From positions 134,886 to 198,885 of the forward strand of contig CAVTHO010000005.1 in assembly GCA_963734545.1 (NCBI GenBank): DNA of 64,000 nucleotides. The letters are read 5' to 3'. Under the pieces are notes generated by a model. It searched no databases. It was not told the origin of the DNA and was given only the letters and a program-made list of their open reading frames with translations. This document shows positions 36,240 to 45,042 of this stretch, piece after piece. The translations under genes were made by a program, and so were the position numbers. This stretch comes from an uncultured Spirochaetota bacterium (GTDB lineage: Bacteria; Spirochaetota; Spirochaetia; SZUA-6; Fen-1364). Numbering within the stretch: position 1 is the first letter of the stretch; every line of letters begins with the position of its first letter.

Positions 36240-38180
36240 GTGAGCCTGCTCAAGCCCCTGATGGAGAAGAACTTCCTCGAATATGCCAGCTACGTGATCA
36301 TGGACCGGGCCATCCCCGATCTGCGGGACGGCTGCAAGCCGGTGCAGCGGCGCATCCTCCACACCCTTTTCGAAATGCACGACGGGAAGTTCCACAAGGT
36401 GGCCAATGTCATCGGGGAGTGCATGAAGCTGCACCCCCACGGCGACGCCTCCATAGGGGACGCCCTGGTGGTCCTGGCCAACAAGGATTACTTCATCGAG
36501 AAGCAGGGCAACTTCGGCAATGTCCTCACCGGTCATGCCGCCGCCGCCCCCCGCTACACGGAGTGCCGCCTGACGCCGCTGGCGGTGGAGACGCTGTTCA
36601 ACAAAGCGCTCACGGAGAACATCCCCAGCTATGACGGAAGGCGCCAGGAGCCGCGCGAGCTTCCCGCAAAGGTGCCGGTGCTCCTCATGCTGGGCGCGGA
36701 GGGCATCGCGGTGGGGATGTCGACCACGATCCTCCCGCACAATTTCATCGAGCTGCTGGAAGCCCAGATCAGCATCCTGCGCGGGAATGACTACTCTCTT
36801 GCCCCGGACTTCATCCAGGGCGGCCTGATCGATGTGAGCGAATACGACGACGGCCGCGGAAAGATCCGGGTGCGGGCGAGGATCGAGAAGATATCAAGCG
36901 CCCAGAAGCTGGTCATCCGCGATGTGGCCTGGTCCACGACCACGACCGGCCTGATCGCATCCATAGAAACGGCCGTGCAGAAGGGAAAGGTGAGCGTCAG
37001 CACGATCAATGACTTTACCACTGACAAGGTGGAGATCGAGCTGCATCTCTCCCGCGGCGCTTCGGCGGAAGCGGTCATGGATCAGCTGTACGCGCACACC
37101 GACTGCGAGGTGTCGATCAGCTCGAACATGGTCGTCATCCGGAACGACCGTCCCGTCGAGGTCACCGTTTCCGAGTACCTGAAGGAGTTCACCGGCATTC
37201 TCAAGAAGCAGATCAAGGCGGAGCTCGAGCACGAGCTTTCGAACCTCGAGAACCGCCGGCACTGGCTCACGCTGGAACAGATATTCATTGAGAACAGGGT
37301 GTACAAGGCCATAGAGAAAGCCGCCACGGAAGAAGCGGTCAAGAAACAGGTCTTTGAGGGCATGAAGCCGTTCAAGAAGCTCTTCGTCAGGCCCATGACG
37401 GAGGACGACGTGACGCGCCTGCTCGACCTGAGGATCCGCCGGATCTCCGCCTATGACATCAGGAAAAATCGGGGCGAGATCACCGACATCGTGGCAGCCA
37501 TCAAGCTCTGCAACGCCCGGTTGAAGAACCTCACCAAGACCACCATCGGCTGGCTGTCGGGTCTTGTGGAGAAGTACAAGGACCTTTTCCCGCGGAGAAC
37601 GGTCGTGGAGACCTTCCACACCGTGGACAAGGTGGCGGTGGCCAAGGCGAACATCCGCCTGAGCTATGACCGGGAGGCCGGCTACTTCGGTTCATCGATG
37701 CGCGGCTCGGAGTTCGTGATGAACGTCACGGAGTACGACCGCATCCTCACCGTCACATCAGACGGCACCTATCGCATCATGGCCCCCCCGGACAAGGCCT
37801 GGATGCCCGGCGCTCTCCTGTACGCGGCGGTCTGGGATCCGGGGAAGGGAGAACACTTCGTTCTTGTCTATCGGGACGCGGCCAAAGTGGCGTGGGGCAA
37901 GCGGGTGCACATCGAGCGGTTCATCACGAACAAAACCTATTCGCTGGTCAAGGAAGGATCGGTCGGCATCGACTTTCTGTCGGAAAAAAAGAATCCGGGC
38001 GTGCTGCAGCTCAACATGGTACCTTTCAAGCGTCAGAAGGTGAAGGCGGTCACCGTGGACCTGGGCAAGATCCCCGCCTGCGGCCTTGCCGCCCGGGGCC
38101 TGAGACTCTCTGCAAAGCCGGTGCAAAGCGTGCAGCTCCTGCCGGGCAAAGAGAAACCATCACGAGCGGAAAAGAAGTAG
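36240..38180 (+). CDS. parC: Type IIA topoisomerase subunit A (topoisomerase IV ParC-like, short 646-aa form)
   Basis: DGCKPVQRRIL, HPHGD and the active-site region AAAPRYTECRL. The short C-terminal domain argues against GyrA. Confidence 0.85.
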   Translation: MSLLKPLMEKNFLEYASYVIMDRAIPDLRDGCKPVQRRILHTLFEMHDGKFHKVANVIGECMKLHPHGDASIGDALVVLANKDYFIEKQGNFGNVLTGHAAAAPRYTECRLTPLAVETLFNKALTENIPSYDGRRQEPRELPAKVPVLLMLGAEGIAVGMSTTILPHNFIELLEAQISILRGNDYSLAPDFIQGGLIDVSEYDDGRGKIRVRARIEKISSAQKLVIRDVAWSTTTTGLIASIETAVQKGKVSVSTINDFTTDKVEIELHLSRGASAEAVMDQLYAHTDCEVSISSNMVVIRNDRPVEVTVSEYLKEFTGILKKQIKAELEHELSNLENRRHWLTLEQIFIENRVYKAIEKAATEEAVKKQVFEGMKPFKKLFVRPMTEDDVTRLLDLRIRRISAYDIRKNRGEITDIVAAIKLCNARLKNLTKTTIGWLSGLVEKYKDLFPRRTVVETFHTVDKVAVAKANIRLSYDREAGYFGSSMRGSEFVMNVTEYDRILTVTSDGTYRIMAPPDKAWMPGALLYAAVWDPGKGEHFVLVYRDAAKVAWGKRVHIERFITNKTYSLVKEGSVGIDFLSEKKNPGVLQLNMVPFKRQKVKAVTVDLGKIPACGLAARGLRLSAKPVQSVQLLPGKEKPSRAEKK

Positions 38181-38213
38181 CGTGCCATTCCGGGCCCGTT
38201 GCGGCCCGCGCGC

Positions 38214-39092
38214 TCAGGAATCTCCCGCGCTTCCGGTAACGGGCGTCTGCCGGACACGATCCTTCAACACACGGCTGAAAGCCATCCTGGGCGCCTGCTC
38301 TTCCGGCCTGGCCTTGAGCGTGATCTTTTCACCCGTGGCAGGGTTGATCCCGACCCGCGCTTTCCGCGCCGGCCTGAGCCGCAGGGACAGCCGGCCCATC
38401 TTTCCCAACGGCACCCGCAGACCGAGGAGAAGACCCGATTCGAGCATCATGAGGTAGTCATCGATGAGCTGCCGGGTCTGCTTCTGGCTCAGCTCATTCT
38501 TGCGCGCCAGGTAGGTGACAATGGATTTCATCGTGAGCTGCTCGGGGAAATCACGGCCGGGCCTGGTCACCGTGCGATTGATCCTGACAAAACCGTTGGT
38601 GAGGAATATCGTCGCCTCCCGGATCCTCTTCTCCTGCTCATCCGCAGGGACCGCCGGGTCACAGGCGGCAATCTTGAGCAGCGCGGAGGTGCTCGCCACA
38701 GGTCCGGCGCGCAGCCTCGCAGCCTCTCCGAGGGCCAGGTCGGATTCGAGTTGTCCCTCCTCGGACATTGCGAGGTGCGGGACGTCGGTGCGAAGCTCGA
38801 TGCTCGCGTACTCGGTCCTCCGCCCTGCGCCGGCTTCCCCTGACGGCCCCAGGCTGAGCAGAGAGCCTGACCAGGTCAGAAGCAGGGCGCCCCGGGGATC
38901 ATCGGCGGAAAACCGGTCCAGCTCGCGCATGTCCAGCGCCCTGATCTGCGCTTCGAACATGTCTTTCTTCTCGAACCACACCCGCGCCATTTCCGCCAAA
39001 GAGTCTTCCGTTTCCGGGAGGCCCGAGCTCCTGATGAGCCCCTGCAGATGGGCCCTGATTGCAGAACTCAAACCGCGCGCGTTCTCCGTCAT
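38214..39092 (-). CDS. Two-domain protein: unknown N-terminal domain (paralogous to gene 39199..39729) fused to a C-terminal HU/IHF-type DNA-binding domain
   Basis: The C-terminal 95 aa (MKSIVTYLARKNELSQKQTRQLIDDYL..RVPLGKMGRLSLRLRPARKARVGINPATGEKITLKARPEEQAPRMAFSRVLKDRV) match the HU fold pattern (RNP.TGE, beta-arm). The N-terminal 175 aa align with the divergent neighbour. Confidence 0.75.
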   Translation of the reverse strand: MTENARGLSSAIRAHLQGLIRSSGLPETEDSLAEMARVWFEKKDMFEAQIRALDMRELDRFSADDPRGALLLTWSGSLLSLGPSGEAGAGRRTEYASIELRTDVPHLAMSEEGQLESDLALGEAARLRAGPVASTSALLKIAACDPAVPADEQEKRIREATIFLTNGFVRINRTVTRPGRDFPEQLTMKSIVTYLARKNELSQKQTRQLIDDYLMMLESGLLLGLRVPLGKMGRLSLRLRPARKARVGINPATGEKITLKARPEEQAPRMAFSRVLKDRVRQTPVTGSAGDS

Positions 39093-39198
39093 GGCATCCC
39101 CCTGCTGAAAAGGTAGTGTGCTTTGCCCGCAATCTCAACCCGCGGCCCTGGTCGGTAAGCAGGCCGGAAATGGGCTATACTCGGCACAGGAGGAACGC

Positions 39199-39729
39199 AT
39201 GAGCGAACACCTTGACCTGATCCCCGTCGAGATCCAGAGCCATATCCGCCAGATCACCAAGACCTCCGGACTTCCCGACACGGAGGAGTCGGTGGACATG
39301 ATCGCCCAGGGATGGCTGGAGAAGAAGGACCGTTTCGAAAAGCTCCTGGCCCGCATGAGCCTCGAGGAGGTCGACCTCCTCGAGAAGACGGACCCGCGCG
39401 GCTGCCTGGCCATGACATACTCCGGCTCCCTCATCAACATCGGCCCCCTGCGCGAGGGAGGGAGAACCGTCCAGTATGCGAGCATCGGCCTGCGCCAGGA
39501 CGTGCCGGAGATTGCCACGCAGGCAGGCTCGGAGCTCGGGGCCGATGTGGTGGAAGGCACGCCGGTCACATTCACGCAGGGACCCATCAGGAGCTCGTCC
39601 CCTGTCTTCAAGATCGTCGTGACCAGCGAAGACATGGACCTGGAAGCGCAGGAGCAGCAGATCACGAAGGCGACGCAGATACTCACGAAGCAGTTCGTGG
39701 AGGTGAACAAGGAGCTGGAAACGGAGTAG
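39199..39729 (+). CDS. Hypothetical protein, paralog of the N-terminal domain of the HU-fusion protein; first gene of the kinase operon
   Basis: ATG 39199 follows CAGGAGGAA. Blocks shared with gene 38214..39092: SGLP(D/E)TE(E/D)S, W(L/F)EKKD(R/M)FE, DPRG, (T/T)(Y/W)SGSL, YASI.LR.DVP, ATq/iLT..FV..N. Confidence 0.7.
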   Translation: MSEHLDLIPVEIQSHIRQITKTSGLPDTEESVDMIAQGWLEKKDRFEKLLARMSLEEVDLLEKTDPRGCLAMTYSGSLINIGPLREGGRTVQYASIGLRQDVPEIATQAGSELGADVVEGTPVTFTQGPIRSSSPVFKIVVTSEDMDLEAQEQQITKATQILTKQFVEVNKELETE

Positions 39730-39739
39730 GCTTCCGCTG

Positions 39740-40756
39740 ATGCGGGCGCTTTCTGAAAAGCTCCAGGAGATTTACCACCGCAGGGAGCCTCCGGATCGCG
39801 AGGCATACCTGGAGACTCTCTGGGCGGTGCTGGAAGTGCTGGGCACGGAGCCCGACGCCGTCCGGCCCGCGGACCCGGACTGGAAGCCGGGCGGGCTCGT
39901 GCTTCTGGACCGGGAGCTGCCGACGATCGTGGTGCCTGATCTGCACGCCCGGATGGATTTCTTCCTCAGCGTCATGGCCTACGAGGCGGAGGAAGGCAGA
40001 AAAACGCTGGACCTGCTTGCGGAGGATCGTCTCCAGGTGGTCTGCGTCGGTGACGGCGTGCACTCCGAGGGTCGGGCGGCCAGACGCTGGCGGACGGCAA
40101 TGGACGAGTTCCAGGAGGAGTATCGGGTCCATGCAAGCATGGACCAGGAGATGCGGGAAAGCCTCGGGGTGATGAGCATGGTCATGGAGGTGAAGCGCAG
40201 CTTTCCGCTGCGTTTCCATTTCCTGAAGGGAAACCACGAAAACATCACCAATGAGATGGGCAACGGCAATCTTCCGTTCCGCAAGTTCGCCCTCGAAGGC
40301 ATCATGACGCTGGACTACATGGAGCGCTTTTACGGAGAAGAGATGGTGAAGGCATATGCTTTTTTCGAAAAGGAGCTGCCTCTCCTCGCCGCCGGCCGGG
40401 GCTTCCTCATTTCCCATGCGGAGCCCGGCACGTTCTACGACCGGCAAAGCCTCATCGGGTACAGGCGGCATCCCGAGGTGGTGAGCGGGCTCACCTGGAC
40501 GGACAATGACGAGGCTGAGGGGGGGAGCGTCCAGCGCATGCTGACCCACTACCTCGGAGAGGAAGAAGGGTCCCGCGGCTGGTATTTCACCGGGCATCGC
40601 CCCGTCTCGGGGCGCTACCGGCTCCGGGCCGACGGCAGGCTCGTCCAGATCCATGACCCCGAGAGATTCATGATCGCCCATTTGCCTGTCTCCTCGGAGA
40701 TCGAGCCGGAAAGGAACGTCCGCGAAATCGAGTATCTCGCGGACGAGGTAATGTGA
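39740..40756 (+). CDS. PPP-type metallophosphoesterase (putative Ser/Thr protein phosphatase)
   Basis: Motifs: VVPDLHAR, VCVGDGVHSEG, LKGNHEN, ISHAEP. Ends 1 nt before the kinase gene starts. Confidence 0.7.
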   Translation: MRALSEKLQEIYHRREPPDREAYLETLWAVLEVLGTEPDAVRPADPDWKPGGLVLLDRELPTIVVPDLHARMDFFLSVMAYEAEEGRKTLDLLAEDRLQVVCVGDGVHSEGRAARRWRTAMDEFQEEYRVHASMDQEMRESLGVMSMVMEVKRSFPLRFHFLKGNHENITNEMGNGNLPFRKFALEGIMTLDYMERFYGEEMVKAYAFFEKELPLLAAGRGFLISHAEPGTFYDRQSLIGYRRHPEVVSGLTWTDNDEAEGGSVQRMLTHYLGEEEGSRGWYFTGHRPVSGRYRLRADGRLVQIHDPERFMIAHLPVSSEIEPERNVREIEYLADEVM

Positions 40757-40757
40757 A

Positions 40758-42650
40758 ATGGAAAAAACACCGGTACGCAGGATAGGGAAATACGAGATCA
40801 TCTCGAAGGTCGCGGAGGGCGGGATGGGGGCCCTCTACAAGGCGCGACATCCCACCCTGGACCGCACCGTGCTGTTGAAGAAGCTCACCCTGCGAGGCGG
40901 GAGCCAGTTCATAGAGAGATTCAAGCGCGAAGCCCGCATGATGATGGACTTCAAGAACGACCATATCGTGCAGGTGCACGATCACTTCAAGGAAGGCCAA
41001 CACTACTACATCGTCGAAGAGTACGTGGACGGCATCTCACTGGACGCGCTGATCCGCAGGGAGCGCTACCTCTCCAATGACGCGGCCCTGCTGATCCTCT
41101 ACGAGGTGTGCAAGGCGCTGAAGTACGCGCACGACAAGCAGGTCATCCATCGGGACATCAAGCCGGGCAACATCCTGCTCTCGCGGCAGGGCGAGGTGAA
41201 GCTGGTGGACTTCGGCATTGCCACCTCCCTGGAAGACACCGAGGACGGGCTCACACGGGACGGGATGGTGCTGGGAACGCCCTCCTATATCCCCCCGGAA
41301 CAGATCGACGATGCGAAGAACGTCGACCGGCGCGCGGACATCTATTCGCTGGGGGTCGTGGTGTACGAGATGCTCACGGGAAGAACTCCGTACCCCGGCT
41401 CCTTCACGGCCGAGACTATCCACCTGATCCACAAAGGAAAATACACGCCACCACACAAGCTGAATCCCGGCACGACGCGCCTGCTGCGACAAATAGCGCG
41501 CACGTGCATGAGGGTGAAGCCCCGGCGGCGCTACCAGGACCTGAAGGAGATCATCCGGCTGCTGGAAAAACGCATCAGGAGGCGCGACCCCGCTTCTCTC
41601 CAGCGCGCGGTAAGGAACGTGGTCGAGGGAAAGGAGATCGGCAGCCTGTTCAGGAGAAGGCGCACCTGGCTCGCCTGGCTCCTGCCCCTTGCCGTGCTGG
41701 CCTGCCTGCTCGCCGCCGGCGGCTGGTACCTGTACCAGCAGGGCTGGTGGTTCGAGACATTCGAGCCCGGGCGCTACGGGCTTATTGTCGTCTCCGCCGT
41801 GGTGGACGCCTCGTACAAGGAGCCCGACGAGATCTTCTTCCAGCCGGTGCTGTACCGGGAAGAGGATAATCAGCTCACCCGGATTACCGGAATCGACTTC
41901 CAGCTCCATCCGGATGCCGCGCGCACATCGTCGGACAGCTTTGCCCTCGTGTCGAGGAAGGTGTATCTGCCGGCCGGAAGGTACCGGATGAAGGTCAGCC
42001 TGGAAGGTGAGCTCTCCTGGAGCTCCTTCACCCTTGCGCCCCGCGTGGTGCAGAAGACGCTCGTTTCCACGGCGGGCGGATTGCAGATTACCGTCCGGCA
42101 GGGGAGCGGACAACGGCTCCTGGAGGTGAGCTCCACGGTGACGGATTCGGCGACCGGAGAGGACCTGACCAGCTCCGCCGTGCTGTCCGTATTCCTCTAC
42201 AATCGCTGGATGCCGTGGAGCGCAACCCGGCCCCAGGACTTCACCTCGGGAGGGAGCTACCGGTTCCGGTTCGAGATGGAAGGCTACTATCCCCAGGTCT
42301 ACAGCCTTGTCGTCAAGCCTTACCAGACGGTGCTGAGCCTCGATGTGCGGCTGGTGCCGCAGCCCGGAACGCTCAACCTGCTCTCCCGCGCTCCCGGGGC
42401 GGATCTGCTCCTGAACGGCTCAGAGTACTACCTGAGAGGCGGCAAGGACGGTCGATTCGAAAAGCTCGCGCCCCTGGAAACCGGCAATCGCCAGATACAG
42501 CTCGCCCCGGGCGACTACCGCCTGACGGTGCGCCGTCCGCCGGCCCAGGAGAAAAGCGTGAGCTTCCACCTGGGTCCCAAGGGGACGGTCTCCCTGAGCG
42601 TCGGATTCGACGCGCAGCAGGGAGTCCTGAACGTCGAGCTGAACAAATAG
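40758..42650 (+). CDS. Hanks-type Ser/Thr protein kinase with TM helix and extracytoplasmic PEGA-like C-terminal region
   Basis: Kinase motifs: GGMGALYKA, LLKKL, HRDIKPGNILL, DFGIA, GTPSYIPPEQ. TM helix WLAWLLPLAVLACLLAAGGWYLY. PEGA-like segment PGADLLLNG...GDYRLTV near the C-terminus. Confidence 0.9.
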   Translation: MEKTPVRRIGKYEIISKVAEGGMGALYKARHPTLDRTVLLKKLTLRGGSQFIERFKREARMMMDFKNDHIVQVHDHFKEGQHYYIVEEYVDGISLDALIRRERYLSNDAALLILYEVCKALKYAHDKQVIHRDIKPGNILLSRQGEVKLVDFGIATSLEDTEDGLTRDGMVLGTPSYIPPEQIDDAKNVDRRADIYSLGVVVYEMLTGRTPYPGSFTAETIHLIHKGKYTPPHKLNPGTTRLLRQIARTCMRVKPRRRYQDLKEIIRLLEKRIRRRDPASLQRAVRNVVEGKEIGSLFRRRRTWLAWLLPLAVLACLLAAGGWYLYQQGWWFETFEPGRYGLIVVSAVVDASYKEPDEIFFQPVLYREEDNQLTRITGIDFQLHPDAARTSSDSFALVSRKVYLPAGRYRMKVSLEGELSWSSFTLAPRVVQKTLVSTAGGLQITVRQGSGQRLLEVSSTVTDSATGEDLTSSAVLSVFLYNRWMPWSATRPQDFTSGGSYRFRFEMEGYYPQVYSLVVKPYQTVLSLDVRLVPQPGTLNLLSRAPGADLLLNGSEYYLRGGKDGRFEKLAPLETGNRQIQLAPGDYRLTVRRPPAQEKSVSFHLGPKGTVSLSVGFDAQQGVLNVELNK

Positions 42651-42659
42651 GGGGTACGC

Positions 42660-43574
42660 ATGACCGCACTCGCTCGCAGACTCATTCTCCTGGCCATCGG
42701 ATTGCTGGCAGGCATGTGCGCATGGCCGGTGGCAGAGCTGATTCTTTTTTCCCAGGCGGGATTCCCCTCCTACCTCGTCTTTTCGGCCTTCCTGGGAGCA
42801 GTCACGGGTGCCCTGATGGGCGCATTCTTCGGCACTGCCGAGGGCATCACCTCGCGCGTCAAATCCCGCATTCCGGCCGGGGTCCTGCTGGGAGCGCTCG
42901 TGGGATGCGTGGGAGGAGGCATCGGCCTCCTGGCAGGCCAGGCCGCCCTCTGGCTGATCGGCACCCTCGTCATGCAATCCTACGCCAGTTTCCAGCGCGT
43001 GGTCCTTCCGCTGTCGCATGCAATCGGCTGGGCCGTCCTCGGCGTGTTCGTCGGGGCGGGAGAAGGCGTGCGCGCCGGCTCCTGGAAGAAAATCGGAATC
43101 GGGATCCTCGGCGGCCTCATCGGCGGGCTTCTGGGGGGTTTTGTCCTGGAATACGGGCGGCTGCTCTTTCCGCGGGTTGGCTTTTCCCGGCTGATCGGCT
43201 TCGCGGTGCTCGGGCTCGCCATCGGCGGTTTCTACGGCCTGATCGAGCGGGGCATGTCCTTCGGTATCTTCCGCGTCCTGACCGGCGGCCTGAAGGGAAA
43301 GGAGTTTCTCCTCAACCAGCGGCGGATGCGCCTTGGCCGCTCGCCGCGGAACGAGATCGCTTTCCCCTCCTATGAGGACCTCGCGGACCGCCAGGCCCAG
43401 GTCCGTATTCGCAAAGGGGAGGTCGTGCTGGTCAACCTCGAGCCTCGACTTCCGATCCTGGTCAACGAGCAGAAGATCGAGGAATCCGCGGAGGGCCGCG
43501 GCGTGGAGAAGAGGCTCAAGCTCGGTGACGTGATCCGGATGGGCTCGGCCCGGATCTACTACAAATACGAATAA
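42660..43574 (+). CDS. Multi-pass membrane protein with C-terminal FHA-like domain
   Basis: About six hydrophobic Gly-rich segments. C-terminus MRLGRSPRNEIAFP...QAQVRIRKGEVVLVNLE..ILVNEQKI...LKLGDVIRMGSARIYY is FHA-like but diverged. Confidence 0.65.
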   Translation: MTALARRLILLAIGLLAGMCAWPVAELILFSQAGFPSYLVFSAFLGAVTGALMGAFFGTAEGITSRVKSRIPAGVLLGALVGCVGGGIGLLAGQAALWLIGTLVMQSYASFQRVVLPLSHAIGWAVLGVFVGAGEGVRAGSWKKIGIGILGGLIGGLLGGFVLEYGRLLFPRVGFSRLIGFAVLGLAIGGFYGLIERGMSFGIFRVLTGGLKGKEFLLNQRRMRLGRSPRNEIAFPSYEDLADRQAQVRIRKGEVVLVNLEPRLPILVNEQKIEESAEGRGVEKRLKLGDVIRMGSARIYYKYE

Positions 43575-43586
43575 AGGGGGCTTCGC

Positions 43587-45014
43587 ATGACCCTGAAACA
43601 TCCGCGTGCACTGTTGCCTGCATTCCTGCTCCTTCTCCCGGGCGTCGCCTTCGCCCTCAATATCAGCCTGGCACAGATCGATGCCTCCCGGCTGCTTTTC
43701 ACCCAGAACGTGCAGGTGTACGTCAGCGTGACCGATAACCAGGGGCTGCCTGTCGAGGGACTCGAGAGGGACGCCTTCAGCATCGCAGAGTCCTCCGACG
43801 GGGTGACCTTTCAGCAGATACCGGAGATTTCCGCATTCACCCCGAACGCGGGCGCGGTCACCGGTATGACATTCCTGCTTCTGATCGATGACTCGGGCAG
43901 CATGTACGACACGCTGGACAGCAGGGCCACCACAAACCCCCTGCTCATGCGCATTGCCCATGCCAAGGACGCCGTGCGCACCCTGCTCTCCGGCATGACG
44001 AATCCGGGCGACCGGGTGGGCCTGGCCTATTTCAACACGGGGTACCATCTTCTTTCCCGGCCCACGACCGACAGGGAGAAGATTGCAGCCCTGCTGGACG
44101 AAATCCAGCGCCCGACCGCTGAACAGGCCTACACCGAGCTCTACGCCTGCCTGACCCAGGCGGCGCACGAGTTCGCCGGCATCCCCGGCCGCAAGGCGAT
44201 CATCGTCCTCTCGGATGGAGAGAACTATCCGTATGCCGTGCACGCAGGCAAAGCGCATCCTGTTTTCGGCAGCCGGATCTTCGCGTATGGGGAGCCCATC
44301 ACCGCCAACCAGGAGGAAGGGAACACGGTCTATGCCGTCAATTTCGGAACGGGGAATGCTCCTGACCGGAACCTGAGGGACATTGCGCTCCAGACCGGAG
44401 GCAAGATCTTCGACGCGAGGAACAGGGACGAGCTGGCAAGCGTCTACGACACGATCCACCGGCAGGTGGCAGGGGAGTACCTCCTCACCTATCGGGCCAC
44501 CCTCACCCCGGCAGAGAAGAAATATGTGCGGGCGCGCATCGCCGCGCCCGAGGGAGAGGCGTCCGTCACCCGGTTCTACTTTGCCAGCACCGTCTTCGGG
44601 CTCCCCCTGGGCAGGCTCACCCTGCTCCTGGTGATCCCCTTTGTCCTGGCCTGCCTCCTTCTCTGGGGCCTGACGCTCCTGCGGCTGGAAAGGAAGAGCG
44701 GGCCCGCCCGGCTGGAAGTGCTCCAGACCCAGGTGGGCCGCCCCGTCACACGGATTGTGCCGCTCACGACGGCAAAGACCGTGATCGGCGGCAGCCCGAA
44801 GGCGGACATGACAATCGTGGGTGCCCCGCGGATCAAGGAGCAGCACGCGACCATCCTTTTCGACCCGAAGAACAAGAGCTACACGGTGGTCGGCACGGGG
44901 GACATCATGGTCAACAATCAGCCCGTGAAAACGCGCACGCTGGAGTCGGGGGACGTGCTCGACATCGGCGGGGCCTCGATCGTTTTCGACGACGAAGGGA
45001 AGGGCGGCAAATAG
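43587..45014 (+). CDS. Secreted vWA-domain protein with TM helix and cytoplasmic FHA domain
   Basis: Signal peptide. MIDAS LLLIDDSGSM and VLSDGEN. TM helix LTLLLVIPFVLACLLLWGLTLL. FHA domain VIGGSPKADMTI...KEQHATILFD...VVGTGDIMVNNQPV...LESGDVLDIGGASIVF. Confidence 0.8.
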   Translation: MTLKHPRALLPAFLLLLPGVAFALNISLAQIDASRLLFTQNVQVYVSVTDNQGLPVEGLERDAFSIAESSDGVTFQQIPEISAFTPNAGAVTGMTFLLLIDDSGSMYDTLDSRATTNPLLMRIAHAKDAVRTLLSGMTNPGDRVGLAYFNTGYHLLSRPTTDREKIAALLDEIQRPTAEQAYTELYACLTQAAHEFAGIPGRKAIIVLSDGENYPYAVHAGKAHPVFGSRIFAYGEPITANQEEGNTVYAVNFGTGNAPDRNLRDIALQTGGKIFDARNRDELASVYDTIHRQVAGEYLLTYRATLTPAEKKYVRARIAAPEGEASVTRFYFASTVFGLPLGRLTLLLVIPFVLACLLLWGLTLLRLERKSGPARLEVLQTQVGRPVTRIVPLTTAKTVIGGSPKADMTIVGAPRIKEQHATILFDPKNKSYTVVGTGDIMVNNQPVKTRTLESGDVLDIGGASIVFDDEGKGGK

Positions 45015-45042
45015 CCGCCAAGCCGGGAGAATCAATCCGCCT

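Noticed and set aside
34263-36740. 825-aa minus-strand ORF
   Set aside because: It is antisense to the unmistakable parE/parC genes. The product is low-complexity and rich in R/H/L/V/D. This is a typical stop-free shadow frame in high-GC DNA.
42420-45035. 871-aa minus-strand ORF
   Set aside because: It is antisense to the FHA membrane protein and vWA-FHA genes. Its composition is typical of a shadow ORF.
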